Assembly: GCA_903893315.1 (NCBI GenBank)
Contig: CAITLU010000011.1
Location: 20,157 to 84,156, forward strand
Source of the DNA: an uncultured bacterium
Lineage (GTDB): Bacteria > Desulfobacterota > Binatia > UBA1149 > CAITLU01
Length of the DNA stretch: 64,000 nucleotides
Reading direction: 5' to 3'
The notes under the pieces were generated by a model. It saw only the letters and a list, made by a program, of their open reading frames with translations. It did not search any database and was not told the origin of the DNA. Shown here in pieces: positions 1-9,176 of this stretch. A program made the position numbers and the translations under genes. Position 1 is the first letter of the stretch. Each line of letters begins with the position of its first letter.

Positions 1-2
1 AA

Positions 3-803
3 CTTTTCGTCCCGATCAACTGCGCCGCCATTCCGCTCGAACTGCTGGAAAGCGAACTCTTCGGTCACGCGCGTGGGGCCTTCACAGGCGCCACCGACAA
101 CCGTGTCGGCAAGTTCGAGCTGGCTTCGGGCGGCACTCTGTTTCTCGATGAAATAGGCGATATGCCGCTGCCTCTTCAGGCCAAGATCCTGCGTATTCTC
201 GAAGAGGGCGTCGTTGAGCGCATCGGCAGCAACCGCTCGATCCGCATCGATACGCGAGTGGTGTCGGCTACCCACCGTCATCTGGAAGACGCGGTCCGCG
301 ACGGCACTTTTCGCGAGGACCTCTACTATCGTCTCAACGTCCTGCAGATTCGCGTGCCGGCGGTTCGAGACCGCGTCGGTGACGTACCGCTGCTGGCCGC
401 GCACTTCCTCGAAACCACGGCCCACCAGATGGACCGTCCACCTCTCAAGCTGGATCGCGACGCGCTCGAACTGCTCGAGGCATATTCGTGGCCCGGCAAC
501 GTTCGCGAACTACGCAACGTCTGCGAACGCCTCTCGGTGCTGTGCAGAGGCGATCGCGTCGACGTGGCAATGGTTTCCCACTTGCTCGACCTGCCCGAAC
601 CGACGCCGGCCTCGGCGGCGGGCAAAGGCCCTGCGCCGACCACGCTGGCTGCGGCGGTAGCCAAGGCAGAAATCAAGACCATTGAGTCGGCACTCGCGCG
701 CAGCGGCGGCAACAAGGCCAAAGCCGCGCGTCTGCTCGCAGTCAGCGAGCGCAACCTCTGGTACAAGATCAAGAAGCACGGCATCACCAGCGCCGAGGAC
801 TGA
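3..803 (+). CDS. sigma-54-dependent transcriptional activator (NtrC/Fis family), C-terminal part; the 5' end lies outside the window
   Basis: Frame 3 is open from base 3 ([54 protein letters not shown]...). This is the AAA+ sigma-54 interaction domain ([33 protein letters not shown]), followed by a Fis-type HTH ([24 protein letters not shown]). Stop at 801-803. Confidence 0.85.
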   Translation, partial: LFVPINCAAIPLELLESELFGHARGAFTGATDNRVGKFELASGGTLFLDEIGDMPLPLQAKILRILEEGVVERIGSNRSIRIDTRVVSATHRHLEDAVRDGTFREDLYYRLNVLQIRVPAVRDRVGDVPLLAAHFLETTAHQMDRPPLKLDRDALELLEAYSWPGNVRELRNVCERLSVLCRGDRVDVAMVSHLLDLPEPTPASAAGKGPAPTTLAAAVAKAEIKTIESALARSGGNKAKAARLLAVSERNLWYKIKKHGITSAED

Positions 804-815
804 GGGCCGCGGCGA

Positions 816-2441
816 TCAGGGACGGGGCGCTCGCGGACGCAACTCTGCGGGCCACGCGGCGGGATCATCGCTCGGGTAGATGCGCAGCGCCTGCCCGGTC
901 ACCGTCAGCAGGTCTTCGCTCTTGCAGTCCAGCGCCGCAGCCGCAGCCGCCAGTCCTGAACGCGTCACGCCGTGAATGCCTGGTGCGATGGTACTGGCTC
1001 CGCACTGATAAAGACCGTCGATCGGAGTTCGGACCGGAAAACTGAAGGGTCCGAGATTGCGAATGCTCTTTTCCGTCCCGTAGATCCCGCCGCGCGTGGC
1101 GCCCAGGTAGTGGCGGTTGGACAGAGGCGTTCCCAGAGCCTGGAACACCACGCGTTCGCGCATTCCCGGAACGAAATGCTCCACGGCGTCGAGCATGCGC
1201 CCGGCAAGATGCTTCTTCAGTGCCCCGTAGTCATCCGGGCGCCGCGCCGAGTCGCTGTGCTCCCAACGAGAGAACGCGTCGTAGGACGCGAGCGCGAGAA
1301 CTTCGACCGTATGAAGACCGTCGCTGCGAATGGATGGATCCTTGAGTGTCGTGACGTTGAAGAAAACGCCTGGAATTTCGCCGGCACCCGAGAGGTCATC
1401 ACGTTCAGCGAAGTCGTAGACAGCGTCGATGTCGGGACTCGAGCTGTACCAGATATTGCCGGAATCCAGACCGGCGCGTGCCATATCCATATCAACGCCG
1501 AGAAACAGACTGATCGTCGAGGCCGAGTAACGCAGTCTGGCGATGCGCCGCCTCAACCTCGCACCGACATGCTCGGCGGCAACCAGACGCCCCCAGGTCA
1601 CTCCCGGATCCGCGTTCGAAACGACGATACCGGCTCGCACCTGCTCACCTCCAGCCAGTCTCACTCCGAGCGCGCGCCCGCCCTCGACCATGATCGAGTC
1701 CACCTCGGTGCCCAGCTTCACCTCTCCGCCGTGTTCGCGAATGCAGGCGATGAAGGCCTCCGGTATGCAGTGGGCGCCGCCGCGCGGATAGCAACCGCCG
1801 TCGAAGTAGTAACCTTGAAGACCGGCGTGGAGTGCCGTCGGCGCACGCGACGGTGCCATCCCGTGGTCGCCGGCCTGGATACTCAGGACGGCCTTCAGGT
1901 AGGGATCGCGCACGAAGCGGTCGAGAAAACGCCCCAGGGGCAACAAGCCGTAGCGCAGCACGGTGCGCATCCGCAGAGGAAGGACCAGCGCATCGGCAAC
2001 GCTATCGACTGGAGCGGCCCAGCGAAGTTCGTCACAGATGCTCGCGACCGTGCTGAAGTAACCGTCTATTCCGGCAGCCTCATCCGGAAATCGTTGCCGC
2101 AGACGTTCCGCGAAGCGCTCCCGCCCCTTGGGAATGTCGAAACGGAAGTCATCGACCACCACGCGGTCGTAGCCGTCGGGGTCGAGTTCCAGAAAGACCA
2201 TCCGGTCGGCCACACCAAGGCCCTCGTAGATGCGCCGCAGTGCACCTCCGGGACCGAGTTCGCCTATGTAGTGAACGCCGGGACTGAACCTGAACCCTTC
2301 CAGCGAAAAGGACTGACTGTAACCGCCGGGGAGATAGTGGCGTTCGTAGACCACCACACGCTTGCCGGCCCGCGCCAGAGCCAGCGCTGCCGTAAGCCCC
2401 CCCGAACCCGAACCGATGACGACGGCATCGTAGTCGTTCAT
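816..2441 (-). CDS. NAD(P)/FAD-dependent oxidoreductase, phytoene-desaturase (CrtI)-like family; substrate unknown
   Basis: 541-aa ORF with an N-terminal dinucleotide-binding motif (YDAVVIGSGSGGLTAALALARAGKRVVVYE). Length and layout resemble COG1233-type amine-oxidase-fold enzymes. AAGGAG lies just upstream of ATG 2441. Confidence 0.7.
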   Translation of the reverse strand: MNDYDAVVIGSGSGGLTAALALARAGKRVVVYERHYLPGGYSQSFSLEGFRFSPGVHYIGELGPGGALRRIYEGLGVADRMVFLELDPDGYDRVVVDDFRFDIPKGRERFAERLRQRFPDEAAGIDGYFSTVASICDELRWAAPVDSVADALVLPLRMRTVLRYGLLPLGRFLDRFVRDPYLKAVLSIQAGDHGMAPSRAPTALHAGLQGYYFDGGCYPRGGAHCIPEAFIACIREHGGEVKLGTEVDSIMVEGGRALGVRLAGGEQVRAGIVVSNADPGVTWGRLVAAEHVGARLRRRIARLRYSASTISLFLGVDMDMARAGLDSGNIWYSSSPDIDAVYDFAERDDLSGAGEIPGVFFNVTTLKDPSIRSDGLHTVEVLALASYDAFSRWEHSDSARRPDDYGALKKHLAGRMLDAVEHFVPGMRERVVFQALGTPLSNRHYLGATRGGIYGTEKSIRNLGPFSFPVRTPIDGLYQCGASTIAPGIHGVTRSGLAAAAAALDCKSEDLLTVTGQALRIYPSDDPAAWPAELRPRAPRP

Positions 2442-2520
2442 GCGTCACTCCTTCGAAGCGCTCTGCTCCGAGCCGAAGCCGCCCCGCGCCAACGACAGCC
2501 CTTGTTGAACAGACCGCCGC

Positions 2521-3906
2521 TCAGTAGCCGTCGTCGCCGCCGCCGGGGACATAAGCCGGCGCGTCCTCGCGGGACGTGAAGTTGCGGAAGCGTGCGAAAG
2601 CCTTGTCGAACATCAGGCGGGCGGTACCGGTGGGGCCGTTGCGCTGCTTGGCGATGATGATCTCGGCCACACCCGGCTCGGGAGTGTCGGCGTTGTACTG
2701 TTCGTCGCGATACAGGAACACGATCACGTCGGCGTCCTGCTCGAGTGCGCCTGATTCGCGAAGGTCAGCCATGCCCGGGCGCTTGTCGGAGCGCAGTTCA
2801 ACCTGGCGGTTGAGCTGAGACAACGCGATGATCGGCACGCTGAGTTCCTTGGCCAGCGCTTTGAGCGAACGCGAAATAGCCGATATCTCCTGCTCGCGGT
2901 TGTCCTCTCCCACTCCTTTCATGAGTTGAAGGTAGTCGACGATGATCAGGCCGAGGTTGGCCTGGGCATCGTGCTTCAAACGCCGGGCCTTGGCGCGCAG
3001 TTCGATCACCGTCTGCGCCGCCGCGTCGTCGATGTAGATCGGTGCCTGGCCGAGTTTGCCGGCCGTCAGGGCGAGCTTCTTGATGTCGCGGTCGCGAAGA
3101 TGACCGGTGCGTACCCGCGCATTGTCGATCTCGGCCTGAGAACACAGCATACGCATGACTACCTGATCGGTGGACATTTCCATCGAGAACACCGCCACGC
3201 CGATCCCGCACTCGCACGCGGCATACTCGGCGATGTTGAGCGCGAACGCCGTTTTTCCCATGCTCGGGCGTCCGGCCACGATGATCAGGTCAGAAGGTTG
3301 GAAACCGGCCGTCATGCGGTCGAGATCGTAGAAGCCGGTCGGCACCCCGGTCACTTCCTGCTTCTTCTCGAAGAGCATCTCTATGCGCGCCACCGTGGCG
3401 CTGATCAGCGAGTCGATGCGCTTGAGTGCGGTACGCGTGCTTTCGGCCGACAGTTCGAAGATCGCGGTCTCGGCACGGTCCAGGAACTCGCGCGTCGAAC
3501 CGCGAGACTCGTAAGCTCCGGCCAGGATCTCCGATGAAGTGCGGATCAGACGGCGAAGCATCGCCTTGTCGTGAATGATGCGAGCGTAGTGCTCGATGTT
3601 GGCGGCGGTGACGACCTTCTCCGCCATCTCGATCAGATACGCGGAGCCCCCCACCCTTTGCAGTTCACCGCTCTGCTTGAGTCGATCGGTCACGGTGATG
3701 GCGTCGATCGGCCGCGTCTGCTCGGTGAGCTGTATCATCGCCGTGAATATGCGCGCGTGTCGCTCGACGTAGAAGTCGCCGGCGCCAACGAGGTCGGCGA
3801 TCTTGTCGAAGGCTTCGGTGTCGATAAGGATGCCGCCGATGACCGATTCCTCGGCTTCGAGGCTGTGAGGCGGAATCCGCGTGAATGCTGCGCGCTGTTC
3901 GTCCAT
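2521..3906 (-). CDS. dnaB: replicative DNA helicase DnaB
   Basis: N-terminal PPHSLEAEESVIGGIL motif, Walker A GRPSMGKTAFAL, Walker B LGLIIVDYLQLM, and a RecA-like C-terminal domain. The start is set at ATG 3906 (MDEQRAAFTRIPPHSLEAE, the usual spacing). The ORF stays open to GTG 4014, so the start is uncertain. Confidence 0.9.
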   Translation of the reverse strand: MDEQRAAFTRIPPHSLEAEESVIGGILIDTEAFDKIADLVGAGDFYVERHARIFTAMIQLTEQTRPIDAITVTDRLKQSGELQRVGGSAYLIEMAEKVVTAANIEHYARIIHDKAMLRRLIRTSSEILAGAYESRGSTREFLDRAETAIFELSAESTRTALKRIDSLISATVARIEMLFEKKQEVTGVPTGFYDLDRMTAGFQPSDLIIVAGRPSMGKTAFALNIAEYAACECGIGVAVFSMEMSTDQVVMRMLCSQAEIDNARVRTGHLRDRDIKKLALTAGKLGQAPIYIDDAAAQTVIELRAKARRLKHDAQANLGLIIVDYLQLMKGVGEDNREQEISAISRSLKALAKELSVPIIALSQLNRQVELRSDKRPGMADLRESGALEQDADVIVFLYRDEQYNADTPEPGVAEIIIAKQRNGPTGTARLMFDKAFARFRNFTSREDAPAYVPGGGDDGY

Positions 3907-3970
3907 GTCGGGGCCGATTGTGCGGCCTTTGGCCCGCCGATCCAACAGGACCGGGCGTCTCCCTGCACCA

Positions 3971-3999
3971 TTGTCCACCGTGGCTGTCGTTGTGGACAA
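3971..3999. promoter_or_regulatory. inverted pair of DnaA-box-like 9-mers upstream of dnaB
   Basis: TTGTCCACC at 3971-3979 (+) and TTGTCCACA read on the minus strand at 3999-3991. The arms TTGTCCAC/GTGGACAA are a perfect 8-bp inverted repeat with a 13-bp spacer. Confidence 0.35.
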
Positions 4000-4071
4000 G
4001 TCGCTCGCGAACACACCGCCCAGAAATGGCCGTGCCTGCCGTACCGCCCGCCGCCGCGCTCGACTCTGCGG

Positions 4072-4818
4072 CTACGTTGTTACAGCGGCGCCGAGCGCCT
4101 GCAGAGCGTGAGGGATACGCGGGCCGTACCAGGCCAGGTCCTTGCCGTCCACCATCACGAAGCGGGCACGCAGCCCGGCCTCGCGCAGTTCATCGGCGTG
4201 GCCCGCCTCGAAGGCGTAGGGCTCATCGGGCAACACCACCAGTTCGGGCGCGGCGGCGCGCACTTCGTCGATAGTCACGGCGAAGTAGTCCGGGCCGGGC
4301 CGCTCACCGAATACGTTACCGCAACCCGCGCGGGCCAGCATGTCGCCGATGTAGGTAGAACGACGAAAGGTCATGTACGGACCGCGCCAGATCGGACAGA
4401 AAGTCCTGAGCGAAGGACCGCCGCGCGTCAATGCGGCCTCCGACAGTGCCAGCGCCTCACGGCATCGGCCGGCAAGACGCGCTGCGGCCCCGGCCGCGCC
4501 GCAGGCCACTCCGAGCTGTTCGATCATGTCGGCCGCCGCCGCCACCGTGCGCGGCTCCGTCACGTGCAGGCGCAGTCCCGCCGCTTCCATGTCGCGGCAG
4601 TCCTCGAGACGATTTTCCTCCTTGTTGACGATCACCAGATCGGGGCGCAGCCGGACGATGCGCGCCACGTCGGGATTCTTGGTACCTCCCAGCGTCTCGA
4701 TCGCATCGACCACCACGGCCGGCTCGGTGCAGTAGCGCGTGCGGCCTATCAGTGCTTCCAGCAGTCCGAAGTGGATCAACGTCTCGGTCAGGCTCGGCAC
4801 CAGTGAGACGATCCTCAC
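4072..4818 (-). CDS. BtuF/TroA-like (helical-backbone) cobalamin/metal-binding protein without a signal peptide
   Basis: 248 aa. It begins directly with the conserved first strand of class III periplasmic binding proteins (RIVSLVPSLTETL), then GGTKNPDVARIVRLRPDLVIVNKEEN. GTG start at 4818, with no upstream in-frame start available. Confidence 0.6.
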   Translation of the reverse strand: MRIVSLVPSLTETLIHFGLLEALIGRTRYCTEPAVVVDAIETLGGTKNPDVARIVRLRPDLVIVNKEENRLEDCRDMEAAGLRLHVTEPRTVAAAADMIEQLGVACGAAGAAARLAGRCREALALSEAALTRGGPSLRTFCPIWRGPYMTFRRSTYIGDMLARAGCGNVFGERPGPDYFAVTIDEVRAAAPELVVLPDEPYAFEAGHADELREAGLRARFVMVDGKDLAWYGPRIPHALQALGAAVTT

Positions 4819-4909
4819 GTCGGCCGCGCCTCGCCGCCGCGAGTCGCACAGACAGGCCGCGCCGAAACCGCGCCGAGGCCCGGCGCTGCATCGCGCCGCG
4901 CTCCGCGCG

Positions 4910-5575
4910 TCATTCCATGACCTCCCAGCCGCGCCGCGCCGCCTCGCGACGCAGACGCGGATCGGGGCTCACCACACGCGGCTCGCCGACGTGCAGCAGC
5001 ATCGGCAGATCGCTGATCGAATCGCTGTAGAAATAACTGCGGCGCAGATCGACGCCGCGCTCGCGGGCAAACGTCTCGGCTCTGGCGATCTTGCCGCTGC
5101 CGTAGCACAGAGGCAGATGCGCGCCGCCGGTAAAGACACCGTTCTCAACTTCGAGCTCGGTGGCGATGACGTGGTCGATATCAAGATCGGCGGCGAGCAG
5201 ATTGCTGAGATACTTGGTGCCCGCCGTCAGCAGTGCCACCGTGTGTCCCCGCTCCAAGTGCTCACCGACCAGAGCGACGACACTGTCGTTGAGTTGCGAA
5301 CGTACGTCGGCTTCGTACCACTGCCGACAATGTTCGAGGACTTCGCTCTCCGGCCGCCCGCGCAGGAAACGACCGGCCACTCTGCCCAGCCGTGCCATGC
5401 TGAGGTAGCCGAGATGGTAGGTCGTGGCCAGCCACAGGAACCACAGATAGTCACTGCGCGAAAGAAGGCCGCGCCGGCGAAGGTCGGCGACGTAGAGACT
5501 GCCCGAGTGAACGCGAAGCAGGGTGCCGTCAACGTCGAAAAACGCAGCTACGCCACCCTGCTTCGAGTCAGTCAC
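4910..5575 (-). CDS. HAD-IB family hydrolase (SerB-like phosphatase superfamily)
   Basis: 221 aa. HAD motif I is FFDVDGTLL. The C-terminal motif is YSDSISDLPML (DxxxD-type). Confidence 0.75.
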   Translation of the reverse strand: MTDSKQGGVAAFFDVDGTLLRVHSGSLYVADLRRRGLLSRSDYLWFLWLATTYHLGYLSMARLGRVAGRFLRGRPESEVLEHCRQWYEADVRSQLNDSVVALVGEHLERGHTVALLTAGTKYLSNLLAADLDIDHVIATELEVENGVFTGGAHLPLCYGSGKIARAETFARERGVDLRRSYFYSDSISDLPMLLHVGEPRVVSPDPRLRREAARRGWEVME

Positions 5576-5587
5576 ACAAGAGCCTGG

Positions 5588-6766
5588 TCAGACCTTCTCG
5601 ACGATCAGCGAAATGCCCTGGCCGCCGCCGATACACAGTGAGGCGAGACCGAGCGCGACGTTTCGCTGCTTCATCGCATAGAGGAGCGTGGTCAGAATAC
5701 GCGCGCCGCTGGCGCCGATCGGATGGCCGATGGCGATAGCGCCGCCGTTGACGTTCACCTTGCTCGGATCGATCTTCAGTTCGGCGAGCACGCCGAGTGA
5801 CTGGGCCGCGAAAGCCTCGTTGAGTTCCCAAAGACCGATGTCTTCTTTCTTGAGTCCGGTGCGTGCGAGCACTTTCTCCGAAGCAGGCCACGGCCCCATG
5901 CCCATGATGGCGGGATCGACACCGGCAGCAGCGGCGCCGCGAATGACGGCCAGGATCTCGCGATTCTCCGCCTTGGCCCGCGCCTGCGACATCACCACCA
6001 ATGCGGCCGCGCCGTCGTTGATGCCCGAGGCGTTGCCGGCGGTGACAGTACCGTCCTTCTTGAAAGCGGGACGCAGCTTGGACAGCGCCTCGGCCGTCGT
6101 GCCCGGTCGCGGGTACTCGTCCTTGTTCACCTTGAGCGGATCGCCCTTCTTCTGCGCAATCTCGACCGTGAAGATTTCCTGGTCGAAAGCGCCGCTGCTC
6201 TGCGCCGCGCCTGCTTTCTGCTGACTGGCGGCCGCGAACGCGTCCTGGGCCTCGCGCGTGATGCCGTACTTGGCGGCGACGTTCTCGGCGGTGATTCCCA
6301 TGTGCGTGAAGGTCAGCGGACACGAAAGGCCGTCGGCTATCATCGAATCGATGATCTGCTCGGGACCCATGCGATAGCCGAAGCGGGCTTTGGCCAGCAG
6401 ATAGGGCGCCAGGGTCATGTTCTCCATGCCGCCTGCAACCACACATTCGGCCTCGCCGAGAAGGATCGACTGCGCTGCCAGTGCGACCGCCTTGAGGCCC
6501 GAGCCGCAGGCCTTGTTGACGCCGAAGCTCGGCACTTCCTTGGGAACCCCGCTCTTGATGGCCGCCACACGCGCCGGGTTGAGCCCAAGGTTGGCGCTGA
6601 GCACGTTGCCGAGGATCACTTCTTCGACCGAGGCCGGATCGATGCCGGCGCGTCGTATCGCTTCAGCGATGGCCAGAGCGCCGAGTTCGAAAGCCGGTTG
6701 ATCGGCGAACACCCCACCGAAACTACCGACCGCCGTGCGTGCTGCACTCACTATGACTGCTTTCAT
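5588..6766 (-). CDS. acetyl-CoA C-acetyltransferase (thiolase II)
   Basis: 392 aa. Active-site Cys context VNKACGSGLKAV, C-terminal GHPIGASGARI, and CIGGGQGIS. GGAGGAGAGAG Shine-Dalgarno sequence upstream. Confidence 0.9.
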   Translation of the reverse strand: MKAVIVSAARTAVGSFGGVFADQPAFELGALAIAEAIRRAGIDPASVEEVILGNVLSANLGLNPARVAAIKSGVPKEVPSFGVNKACGSGLKAVALAAQSILLGEAECVVAGGMENMTLAPYLLAKARFGYRMGPEQIIDSMIADGLSCPLTFTHMGITAENVAAKYGITREAQDAFAAASQQKAGAAQSSGAFDQEIFTVEIAQKKGDPLKVNKDEYPRPGTTAEALSKLRPAFKKDGTVTAGNASGINDGAAALVVMSQARAKAENREILAVIRGAAAAGVDPAIMGMGPWPASEKVLARTGLKKEDIGLWELNEAFAAQSLGVLAELKIDPSKVNVNGGAIAIGHPIGASGARILTTLLYAMKQRNVALGLASLCIGGGQGISLIVEKV

Positions 6767-6803
6767 CTAAGCTCTCTCCTCCAACCGGACCTGCGCAGCC
6801 GAT

Positions 6804-7208
6804 TCAGGCGCGCGGCTGTATGTTCTCGCGAATCCACTCGACGATCTGCTTGGTGCTCGCACCCGGTGTGAAGATTTCCTTGACGCCGAGTTGCTTCAGT
6901 TCGGTGATGTCTTCGTCGGGCACGATGCCGCCCCCGAAAATCGGCACGTCGCCGGCCCCCTTGGTCCTGAGAAGGTTCAGAACGCGCGGGAACAGCGTCA
7001 TGTGCGCGCCCGACAGGATCGACAGTCCCACACAGTCGACATCCTCCTGCACCGCCGTCTCGGCAATCATCTCGGGGGTCTGATGCAGACCCGTGTAGAT
7101 GACCTCGAAACCCGCGTCACGCAGTGCGCGAGCGATGATCTTGGCCCCGCGGTCGTGACCGTCGAGACCAGGCTTTGCAACAAGAATTCTCAGTACCTTT
7201 TCTGACAC
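6804..7208 (-). CDS. B12-binding small subunit of a split acyl-CoA mutase (IcmB-like)
   Basis: 134 aa. Cobalamin DxHxxG motif in [15 protein letters not shown], then GLSILSGAH and FGGGIVP (Rossmann-like B12-binding domain). Confidence 0.85.
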   Translation of the reverse strand: MSEKVLRILVAKPGLDGHDRGAKIIARALRDAGFEVIYTGLHQTPEMIAETAVQEDVDCVGLSILSGAHMTLFPRVLNLLRTKGAGDVPIFGGGIVPDEDITELKQLGVKEIFTPGASTKQIVEWIRENIQPRA

Positions 7209-7237
7209 GTTGGAGTCTCCTCTGCGTATTGCGCTAG

Positions 7238-8851
7238 TCAGATCGTGGCCGGGTCCTGGTAAACACCGAAGACCTGGCGGTAGACGTCAGATATCTCACC
7301 CACCGTAATTCCACCGCGAACGGCCTCGACCACGGCCGGCATCAGGTTGCGGTCCTCGACCGCGGCGCTGCGCACACCTTCGATCAGCTTCGCCACCTGC
7401 CGCGGTTCGCGCGCGGCCTTGAAGGCCATTACGCGCGCGCGTTGCTCGCCTTCGATGGCGCGGTCGATCTTCATGATCTCGAGTTTGCGATCCTCTGCCA
7501 TCGTGTAGCCGTTGAGCCCGACCGTAATGTATTCGCCACCGTCGGTCGCCTGCTGAAACGAATAGGCAGCATCGGCAATCTCGGCCTGCGGATAGCCCAG
7601 CTCGATGGCGCGCACGATTCCGCCCATCGCGTCGATGCGGTCGATGTAGGCCTGGGCCTCGTGCTCCATCCGATCGGTAAGGGCCTCGATGGCGTAGCTG
7701 CCGCCGAACGGATCGACCGTGTTCACGATGCCGCTCTCTTCCGCCAGAATCTGCTGGGTGCGAAGCGCTACCGTCACCGCTTCCTGCGAAGGCAACGCAA
7801 GCGTCTCGTCGAGTGAATTGGTGTGCAGCGACTGCACGCCGGCCAGCACCGCGGCCAGCGCCTGAACCGTCACGCGCACCACGTTGTTGGTCGGCTGCTG
7901 AGCGGTGAGCGACACACCCGAAGTCTGCGCGTGGGTGCGCATCAGGCAGGCGCGGTCGGTCTTGGCGCCGAAGCGTTCGCGCATGATACGCGCCCACATA
8001 CGCCGCGCCGCGCGGATCTTGGCGATCTCTTCGAGAAAGTCATTGTGGACGTTGAAGAAGAACGACAGACGCGGTCCGAACTCATCGGGGTCCAAGCCCC
8101 TTTCCACCGCCGCCTGCGCGTAACCGATGCCGTCGGCGAGCGTGAACGCCAGTTCCTGCGCGGCCGTCGAGCCGGCCTCGCGAATGTGGTAGCCGCTGAT
8201 CGAGACCGGATGCCAGCGCGGAACCTCACGCGTACAGAACTCGATCATGTCGGTGACGATGCGCAGCGACGGCTCGGGAGGGCAGATCCACTCTTTCTGG
8301 GCGATGAACTCCTTGAACATGTCGTTCTGGATGGTTCCGCCGAGCTTCTCCCAACTGCACCCCTGCCGTTCCCCGACCACCAGATACATGGCCAGCAGCA
8401 CCGAAGCCGAGCAGTTGACCGTCATCGAAGTGGTGACTTCGTCCAGGCGGATGCCGTCGAACAGCACCGACATGTCGTCGATGGTGGAGACCGCCACGCC
8501 TTCGCGCCCAACTTCGCCCTCGGCACGGGCGTGGTCGGCGTCGTAACCCATCAAGGTCGGCATATCGAAGGCGGTGGAAAGTCCGTCGCCGCCCTGGGCC
8601 AGCAGATACTTGAAGCGCGCGTTGGTGTCGGCCGCGCTGCCGAAACCGGCGAACTGACGCATCGTCCAGGTCTTGCCGCGGTACATCGAGGGGTAGACGC
8701 CGCGCGTGAAGGGGTACTGGCCCGGCTCACCGACGACGCCGCGGGCATCCGCTGCCCGATAACACTCGTCTATCTCCAGGCCGGAGATGGTCGCGTGCAT
8801 CGGCCGAATGCGCTTGGAATCGATCTTTCGCGCCGCGTCGCCGCTGCTCAT
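7238..8851 (-). CDS. acyl-CoA mutase large (catalytic) subunit, isobutyryl-CoA-mutase-like signature
   Basis: 537-aa TIM-barrel mutase domain: [26 protein letters not shown] and [22 protein letters not shown]. It has Phe and Gln at the two columns where methylmalonyl-CoA mutases have Tyr and Arg. Confidence 0.85.
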   Translation of the reverse strand: MSSGDAARKIDSKRIRPMHATISGLEIDECYRAADARGVVGEPGQYPFTRGVYPSMYRGKTWTMRQFAGFGSAADTNARFKYLLAQGGDGLSTAFDMPTLMGYDADHARAEGEVGREGVAVSTIDDMSVLFDGIRLDEVTTSMTVNCSASVLLAMYLVVGERQGCSWEKLGGTIQNDMFKEFIAQKEWICPPEPSLRIVTDMIEFCTREVPRWHPVSISGYHIREAGSTAAQELAFTLADGIGYAQAAVERGLDPDEFGPRLSFFFNVHNDFLEEIAKIRAARRMWARIMRERFGAKTDRACLMRTHAQTSGVSLTAQQPTNNVVRVTVQALAAVLAGVQSLHTNSLDETLALPSQEAVTVALRTQQILAEESGIVNTVDPFGGSYAIEALTDRMEHEAQAYIDRIDAMGGIVRAIELGYPQAEIADAAYSFQQATDGGEYITVGLNGYTMAEDRKLEIMKIDRAIEGEQRARVMAFKAAREPRQVAKLIEGVRSAAVEDRNLMPAVVEAVRGGITVGEISDVYRQVFGVYQDPATI

Positions 8852-8886
8852 GTCGAGATCCGCCCTGCCCGTGAAAAAGATGGGAA

Positions 8887-8916
8887 ACTATAGGCAGGAA
8901 CGCGAGCCGAGGACAA
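8887..8916 (-). promoter_or_regulatory. candidate sigma-70 promoter of the mutase operon (TTGTCC-N18-TATAGT)
   Basis: Minus-strand TTGTCC at 8916-8911 and TATAGT at 8892-8887, about 36 nt upstream of ATG 8851. Hexamer match by eye only. Confidence 0.35.
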
Positions 8917-9176
8917 TTGCCCAAGTGCCCGTCGGCGCGGCACAAAGCGCTGCCGGAAGGTAGGCGGGCGTGCGCCGCGGCGAGCGCCTGGATGCGGGAG
9001 TTTGCGCGGCTGCGCGCGGCTGTTAGGTTCCGCGCCGCAGAGCGCGGAACGCGGGAGCCGATGCGAAACGCGGCGACCCAGGATGGTCGACCCGGCTGTC
9101 CGTGTTGCTGCGGCGCCGCAGCGAACGGTGCCGGGGCCGTAATCAATCCACCGCAGCGTACGCAAAGGAACAAGCC

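Noticed and set aside
8852-9176. A cobalamin riboswitch upstream of the B12-dependent mutase operon.
   Set aside because: I found no B12-box-like core (AGYCMGGAGACCKGCC-type) or the usual GGUGCC...GGGAA pattern on either strand. B12-dependent enzymes are also not typical riboswitch targets.
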